A stretch of DNA of 64,000 bases from Glycera tridactyla (lineage: Eukaryota): the NCBI GenBank assembly GCA_965644265.1, contig OZ286475.1:72974001-73038000 (forward strand), given 5' to 3'. Below are positions 43,001-52,000 of this stretch, piece after piece; positions within the stretch are counted from its first letter, which is position 1, and each line of letters begins with the position of its first letter. The position numbers and the translations under genes are program-made. The notes under the pieces were generated by a model. That model did no database searches, had not been told where the DNA came from, and saw only the letters and a list, made by a program, of their open reading frames with translations.

Positions 43001-46000
43001 GAGAGAGAGAGAGAGATGAGTATGAATAAATATTTTCAGATCAAAATGTAAGCTCGGTGATGTGAGATCTAAGAACACTGTTGCTAGGTCGGTGGTAGCA
43101 CCATATCCAGTGCTTGCGAACTGGACACAAGGATTTTCCTTCTCATCTACAGACAGACATGCAAGCACATGAGAGGAGGGTCCCATACTCAATCACAGGC
43201 AGACGTTTGCATCTAACCGAAATTCAACTATTCACTCAACAGAAGCCAACAGTCGTTTTTGGAATATTTTGCACCTCGAATCTGCTATTGAGCTTAAGTA
43301 GGATATGTCATTTGAAAGTATCGAACACGAGATGTAGAATATATCAGATATGCCTGAAGAGAAAGGAGATTATACTGTGATCCAGGTTTTATTGGGACCT
43401 ATTATTGTCCCTATCATTTTTTCCAAATGAAGATTTGAATGTAATCTGAGTCATGGTCACTTCCTTAAATTACATGGTGTCTGCACCTGGCCAACAACAT
43501 ACGATAGCATCACCTTGCTAAAAGAGTCTTAACTAGTTTCATTGCAGGTGTATGTACAACCACAACTGCCGCACTGACCACTTCGTCCACTGCATCCACC
43601 ATACCGCCAGGCTGTTACGGTCAGTACACGGTCCTTATTCTCACCATATTTATCACTGACAAATCCAACATTGCCTGAGCATGAAAAGAAATACATACAA
43701 GGAGTAGGTCTCCTAATTTTTAATTGAAATCTCTCAGTCGAAAATAATAAGAGACTACATTCAGCATGGTAACTGGGATACATGGTCAGTATAAATGTTC
43801 TTGGCCCATTCTCTCACCCTCATTCGGCTCTAGCCTGCTTGAGCAAACTTCGAAACGTTTTCGAAATGAACTATACAATATATACAAAAAGATCACTTCA
43901 CATTGACATCATATATGTGAATGGTTTGTTAACATTTCCTGAGCTCCAATTGGGCAACATCCCGATGGGCTTACTGTCTGTAGAATGGACCAAAGGTCCA
44001 CGAAAGTGGTATGTAGCGAAGGTGTCAGTTGTTTCAAAATTAGCTTCTGTTTTCTTTTCAGTCAAGACGATAGGTGGTAGTGCCCCTGAAGGCAGTGATT
44101 GTTTCTTTCCATTCATCTACGAAGGGCAAACATATTCGTCCTGCACTGATGAGGGACGTGGCCAACCCTGGTGCTCAATAGAGGAGATCTACCTGGATAA
44201 TCAACTCTGGGGCTACTGTCAAGGTGAGTCATCCACGGGATTGGTTTCTGATGTTCATAGAAATGATTTGTCCATAGGGAAAATCTCAAAAAATAATTCG
44301 CCATCATCTTGTGTTCAGGGTTTGTGAGAGAGATGTCTGCAGGGGGTCATCTGGTTCACCAACCAGAAACACATGGCATACATAATCCTAGGGTATATTT
44401 ATGCCGTCACTCTACTGCTGACATGAATGTCCCTGCAATGGTAAATGGTAAATGGTAAAAATGCATGAAACCCTTGATAAGACTTGATTTGAAGATGGGA
44501 AAATATCAATACTCAATACATTTATTTGAAAATCCAAGATACATGAGATGATGCTGAGTGAAAACTATTGGTTGTCATGGTACAGAAAGGATTCGTATCA
44601 ACCAAATTCAACTTGGATTTCAGCTCTTCATATTACCTATAATTGGAGGTTATTATGACTATCCTGCTCCAATGTCCAAAATCACAATTTTGAGCTTAGG
44701 AATCTCACCAACAAAGGCTGCATCAGCAGCATGAACAGTATCAGTAATGGAACTAGTAGTGGTGGTGGTGGTGAAAGGAGTGATAGTAGTAGTCATAGTA
44801 TTGATAGTGGGATAGAAGTAGTGATAACACTTATAGTAGTGGTGGAAGTGATAGTGATTGTAGAAAGAAAACAGTAATCATTGTAGTAGTGGTATAAGAG
44901 ATGGGAGTAGAAGAAATAGTGGTAGTCGTCATAGTAGTAGCAGTCATGCAAGTTGATGTATTAGCAATAGCAATAGGAGCAGTGGTAGGAGTATTACCTA
45001 AATCAATGGTGATAATAAGGTTAATGTCTGCATTTACAGTCTACTGTGGGATGCTGCCACAATGCCCTGGTGAGTACTTGTTTCTTTGTCACCATACCTA
45101 AATACTATTTGGGATTAGGTCTTCTCAATCGTATCCATATTCATGAGAACTACTCCTTCACAATCTGATATCACTCATGTGAAAAGGGAATATTGACAGA
45201 GTGATGTGCACAGCCCATTCTTACGTCACATATTTGGCTCTATCAGCAACCAATCTATTTTTTCTTCACAGCACCATGCCACCTGCGTCATTCAATACTG
45301 CTTGATTTGATATGTCATAGGTTCTGCCCCATTACTGAGCCACCAATATTGGATGACCGATAACTGCCAGACTTTATTCACATTTAGAGATACATTTTGA
45401 TTAATTTTATGCCTTTTCAGTACCAACCACAGGTGGTAATAGTGGAGGGCAGCCATGCGTGTTTCCATTCTTGTACAATGGGATTTACCACAACTACTGT
45501 ACAACAGGAGGACCCAGTCCCACCCCCTGGTGTGGAACCACATCCGACTTTGATGCTGATGGACAGTGGGCTTACTGCATAAGTATGTATCACGGCATTT
45601 ATCCTCTGTATTCAATTGAATACGTCACCAGAATTCTATGTCAACAGATTACTATCTGGTATCATATTGGCTTTCTACACCAGGCTTTCACTGAATCATC
45701 GAGATGCTCATCGAAGGAAAATTTACTCCACTCAAGCCTATTATACCAGTCCAACAAAATATGGATGCCTTTTTAATTACATATTTTGATGGAATTCTTC
45801 ATCACTGCAATTACATATTTCTCTTCACATGGACTCTCCAATTTGGGCATCCACTATCCCTGCCTTAAGATGCAAATAGAAGGTGGCCTTACTCTATCAG
45901 TGGATATCAATGTCGATCTGAAAAGTGGTTGATTGATTGATTGATCGTTTAATTGAACAATGGATTGAGTGAGTGAGTGAAGGAGTCAAGGCCTATCATA

Positions 46001-49000
46001 ACAGTCTTGGTGTATCCTAGCAAATCACGAAGCTCAAAACACACAATGCAAATAAAAAGTATTTTGATATTAGTGACCAAAGTATATTGGGAAACAGTTG
46101 TTGCATGGAAAACTGAATTTGCTGTATGATGCCTATCATAAAGAACTTGTGCATCAAATTCCAACCTCAACCTGATTCTTTTCCCCTGTTTACCCTTCTC
46201 AGAGTGTCGAACAATGTTTTTGGCAAGACTTCGGCCAGAATATCCACAAATAGACCTGTACTGTCCTATATAACATGCTTTCCTATGTCCACAATTCCCT
46301 TTGGAACACATTGCCCATGCATCAGTGATCACATAACCTAGAAAGCTTCACTATTACTAATATATACATGTGGTGGCATTGATTCTCTCAACTTATCGCT
46401 TCAGTTATTTACTGTTTTCTCTCCCTCACTTTTCTTCTCACACTTTAGTTACATTCACATATTTTAGTTTATTCATCACGAGACAACCTACCCTGTGTGT
46501 TCCCCTTCATCCATCTTGGCATCACCTACTACTCATGTACTGATGAGGGTGGCACAGAAGGCATCCTCTGGTGTGGCACCGTGTATGTGGCAGATGATGA
46601 TGAAAGCACCACCTCAGACTGGGGATACTGTCAACTGGATGGTGGGTTGAATCCAAAGAGCATCATGCATTTTTTCTTTCGAAATATTGCTAATGAGGTA
46701 TCATATCAGAAGATTGATATACTGTTGATCTCCGCTGATCCTGGAATTCAAAAAGAATTGTTTGATATGGCCCGATGAGCCCCAATTGGCTGAGCCTCAC
46801 ATGACTGAGCACCGGTCTATGATCCAAAAAAACAATGATGTCAGATCAGTGGTAGCAATATATCAAGTGACTGCAGAGCAGATACGAGGATATTTCTATT
46901 CAACATTCACAAGGATATTTTAGCACATGAGAGGAGGGATTCAAATTCGAGTACAGGCAGATGTTTGCATCCTATCGACATCAGACCATTTATTAAACAG
47001 AAGCTAAGAATGGTGTTGGGTGATCAGAATCTTTGAAAACCTGACTATACTATTGTGCTGAAAAGAAATATATATGTTGAACAGCCGGAGTAATAGACTG
47101 TAGACTTTATCAAAAGGATAAACGGTCGAACTGGCTAAGTAGCATGTCTTTTGGAACGTTTCTGAACAGAGGAAATGTAGACCATCATTCATATCTTATC
47201 TAGTCGATGCTCATATCATGTTCCTCAAATGGAAAATCGGATGGAATTCGAGTTTCATGGTTTTCATTATTCAAATTCTGAGACCTTCAATGTTCAGATT
47301 TGGAGAGGAAGAGATGGGAGTATCGCTTGCTTAAAAGTGTTCATTTATTGCAGGTGTATGTACAACCACAACTGAGGTACTGACCAGTTCAACCACTGTA
47401 TCCACCATACCATCAGGTTGTTATGGTCAGTATATGGTCCTTATTCTCACCATATTGATTACTACAAAACCCACCCTTTCCATCATCATGAACAGAAAAG
47501 TAAATCAGATGAGAATTTAACATTGTCAAATTGACATCTTCCAGTCAAGACCAGTATGAGACTTCATTCATGAAATACATGCTCAATCAAAGGTACTTGT
47601 TCAATTATAAATGTCCTGATTCATCCTTATCCAGCTTAAACAAGTTTGCAGATTGTTAAGGTTTTTCACTGTACCACATGTGTCTTGCAATGCAAGCCCA
47701 TTTATCAGGCACTTCATGTTACATTGCTATGAGATGTTTGCTTGTTCATATTACCTCATTTTCCACACCCTATATCACTCCATAAATGCAATTTATGTGC
47801 TCTTATTCTTGGATTGTCCAATATGTACTTGCTGCTGTTTGGTCATGATGTCTCCCGGCAATCTCACCTAGTTCTCCTACCCTATATTGCTGTTCAACAT
47901 TCCACCACTAGTACTATCTTTTTGCTCTCATGTTTACAGTGTTTGTTTATTCGTCATCTTCACTGTTGCTTCATTAAGCTGACAATGTGATTTGCGTTGT
48001 TGAGATTATTAGAGACTTGTCAACCTGAGTCTCAAACATTGTGTTTCTATGAGAATCATACAAGTTGTGACAAGTTGTCATTTTTAGTAGTCTCGAAATG
48101 AGCTCAGTGTTTGTTTACTCGTCATCTTTACTGTTGCTTTATCAAGATGACAATGTAATTTGCGTCGTTGAGATTATTAATCTCAACCTGAGTCTCAAAC
48201 ATCGTGTGAAAATCTATGAGAATCATACAAGTTGTTACAAGTTGTGACAAGTCGTCTTTTTCAGTAGTCTCGAAATGAGCTCAGTGTTTGTTTACTCGTC
48301 ATCTTTACTGTTGCTTTATTGAGATGACAATGTAATTTGCGTCGTTGAGATTATTAGAGAATTATCAAACATTGTGTGAAAATCTATGAGAATTATACAT
48401 GTTGTTACAAGTTGTGACAAGTAGTCACTTTTAGTTGTCTCGGAATGAGCTCAGTGTTTGTTTACTCGTCATCTTATGGTTTGTTTTCAGTGAGGACACT
48501 AGGTGGCAATGTCCCAGATGGCAGTGATTGTTTCTTTCCCTTCATCTACGAAGGACAAACATACAACACTTGCACTGATGAGGGACGTGAACAACCCTGG
48601 TGCTCTATAGAAGAAAACTACCAAGACAACGAGCTCTGGGGCTACTGCCAAGGTGAGTAATCTTCAGGGTCTTCTATAAACTTCAAAGAAATTATTCATC
48701 TATTGGTGAAATCTGAAAATATAATGCCTTGGCCAATTGACATGAGTGTCCCTACAATATAATTAGTGAAGCATAAAATTTACCTGAAAATCTTTCCAAG
48801 ATTAAATTCGAAAACGATGAATAACAAAACTTGATGCATCCATTTGTGATGCAAGATGGCGAAAACAATGTTGAGTGGAATTTTGTGGTTTTCATGGTAC
48901 GAGGGGGGTCAATTTCAACTTGAATTAAAGCTCGTGCCTCTTCACTCTTTATATAACCTGGAATCAGAGTTCATGATTATTTCGCTCAAAAGTCCAGTAT

Positions 49001-52000
49001 TACATTTTGGTGGAGAATCGGACCAATTTAGCTGCTTCAATGACTACAACAGTATCCATAGTGTAACTAGTGGAAGTGTCAGTGGTACTGGTGATAGTAA
49101 TCGTAGAAATAGGGGAGATCACAGCAGAAGTGGTTGGAGAATCAGATGTGCCAGTAGTAATAGTGGTGGGTATATACGCAGTAGTAGGAGTTGATGTATT
49201 AGCAATAGAAACACTGGTAGGAGTACTTTAGTGTATGAATGGTAATAATGAGATCATTTCTCCATTTGCAGTCTACTGTGGGTTGCTACCAAAATGCCCC
49301 GGTGAGTAAATTTTGTTTTCGATCAATGGTAATGTTGACGGACCTCATACACAGATACTTATTCTTATTCTTATTACTAAAGCCCCCTCTGTGGTTTGAG
49401 CTCTATAAATAAAGTATCTGTCATCTGTTATCAACTCACACAATCCCACTAGCATATATTTTGGGATCAAGTTTCCTCGATCATAGCCTCATCTACCAGA
49501 ACCACTCCTCCACATTCTGATAGGACTCATGAAAATCGAGAATGTTGATCGAGATATAAAAATTTGGTTCTATCAGCAACCAATCCATTCCTCATTCAAC
49601 TCACCATGACAATGATGTGGCCCTCGACTTTCAATATTGTTCGACTTGATATGTCACAGGATCTGTTTCATTACTTAGCAACCAATAAATTCTTCAGTCA
49701 AAACGCCATACCAATGTGACGGTGGGGGACTTATGATAATGGTTGAGATTTTACGTCTTGAATGTTTGGTTCCATGACCAACCAGTCAATCCATTCCTCA
49801 GTCAACACACTTTACCGGTGTTTCAATGCTGAACAATTACATTTCACGTAATCTTGATCTTTGCTATTCTGGTGGGTCAGGAAGAACAATATTATATGGT
49901 ATGCCAGTCGGGCATAGCCAAGAAGCTGTGGTTATAAAGAGCACTAGATATATTGCTATGTGAATAGGCAATGAATGATATGCGCCTTGCTTCATATTCA
50001 TAATCATAATCTTGCTTTTTTCAGTACCAACTACAGGTGGTAATAGTGGAGGACAGCCATGCATGTTTCCATTCTTGTACAATGGGATTTACCACAACTA
50101 CTGCACAACAGGAGGACCCAGTCCCACCCCCTGGTGTGGAACCACATCCAACTTTGATGCTGATGGACAGTGGGCTTACTGCATTAGTATGTATCAACAC
50201 ATTGCTCGTTCAAATTCAATTTGATAAGTCACCAAAATTCAATGTCACCGAAATTTCATTCTGTAGCATATAATTTTTTCCCAATTTGGCATCCCTCCCT
50301 CTACTTCAAGATACTATCCGTGGATTGATCGAATGGTTGATCGATTGATTGAATGAGTAATCAATTAAGTCAGTTAGTAGTAGATGCAAGCATATAATAG
50401 CAGTTTGGACGTCTCAAAGTGTGCATTACACAATTACAGAATTTCAACGTTCATTACGCAGCAATTGCTGCATGAACGATGCTATCATCCATTTTGCCCT
50501 TCAATGTCTGAAAGTCCATAGGCGGAAAGTCACATTGATATTTTCTAAATCTCCTACAATTTTGTAGAAACTTTTCACATATCCCTATACAGACCTGTTC
50601 TCCATTATATCACATGCGTTCCTGTGTTTAGTTTCATGTAAATCACATATCCCCTGATTTAGTGATCATATATCGAAGAAGTACCACTCTTGCTGAAAAA
50701 AAAATGAAATGTTAAGGTTTTAGGTCCATTTTCTGCACTTGAGTAGGCTAAATCAGACCACCTGCCAAGGAGGAGCGAAGATGAAGGGTGAAAAATTCCT
50801 GCATGGTAGGACTGGGGATTAAACCCCGGACCCATTGCACGCCGGCCCAGCATGCTACCACTGAGCCACCAAGGCAGGCCCCACTCTTCCTGATATATAC
50901 ATATTGAACACATCAAAATCTCTTCTTATTATCCTCTTTTACCAGCGCAGGTCTTCTCACCTTACTGCTACATATTTTGCTGTTATATCTTCCTCACATT
51001 TGTTTCTCACATATTTAAGTTATACTCACTCATTTCAGTCTATTCATCACGAGACAACCTACCCTGTGTGTTCCCCTTCACCCATCTTGGCATCACCTAC
51101 TACTCGTGTACTGACGAGGGAGGCACAGAAGGCATTCTCTGGTGTGGCACCGTGTATGTGGCGGATGATGATGAAAGTACAGCCTCAGACTGGGGATATT
51201 GTCTCCTGGATGGTGGGTTGAATGAAAAATCATTACGCCTCTTTTCATTTCGTTTAATACCAGTGGGGTCTTATAACAGATGTTTGAAATCCAGTCCCTC
51301 TGTCCACATTCAAGAATTTGAGGTAGAGGGAGAGGGAGAGGGAGAGAGAGAGAGAGAGAGAGGGTGGAGTCGGGTTCACGCGGTCTTGTGATCTGTGCCA
51401 TTGAGTAAAAATGGAATATGTCAGTCAGAAAAGTCTCACCACTATATGCAATGGAAAATTAGTTATTTGGAAAGTTTCTGAACAAAGGAAAATTTAGACT
51501 GAGATTCATGTCTTGGTTGCACAGGTCTAATAAATAATGCAATTCGAGTTTCATGGTATTCATTACTCAAGTTTCGAGACATACAAACTCTTTGAGTCAA
51601 TGTCCACAACAGAATACAATGGACAAGAAAACCAATTTCCTACTAGCGTCTTATTTGTTTTATTGCAGGTGTATGTACAACTACAACTGAGGCACTGACC
51701 ACTTCAACTACAGTATCTGCTATACCACCAGGCTGTTATGGTCAGTACATGATCATTTCCCCACCATATCAGTGACTATGAAAACCCATAATAGCCTGAT
51801 CATTGACAGAAATAGCAATAAGAAGAGGGTCTCACTATATTAAATTGACATTTTTCAGTCATTATCGATATGAGACTACATTCAACATGGCAGTACATGG
51901 GATACATGTTCTACCACGCCGGAGCGGATAACAGTCCTGCTTTGCCGTGAATGCGATCGGCCCCACCCCCTCAGAATTGTCAGCGGCCATCCAGTGAGAC

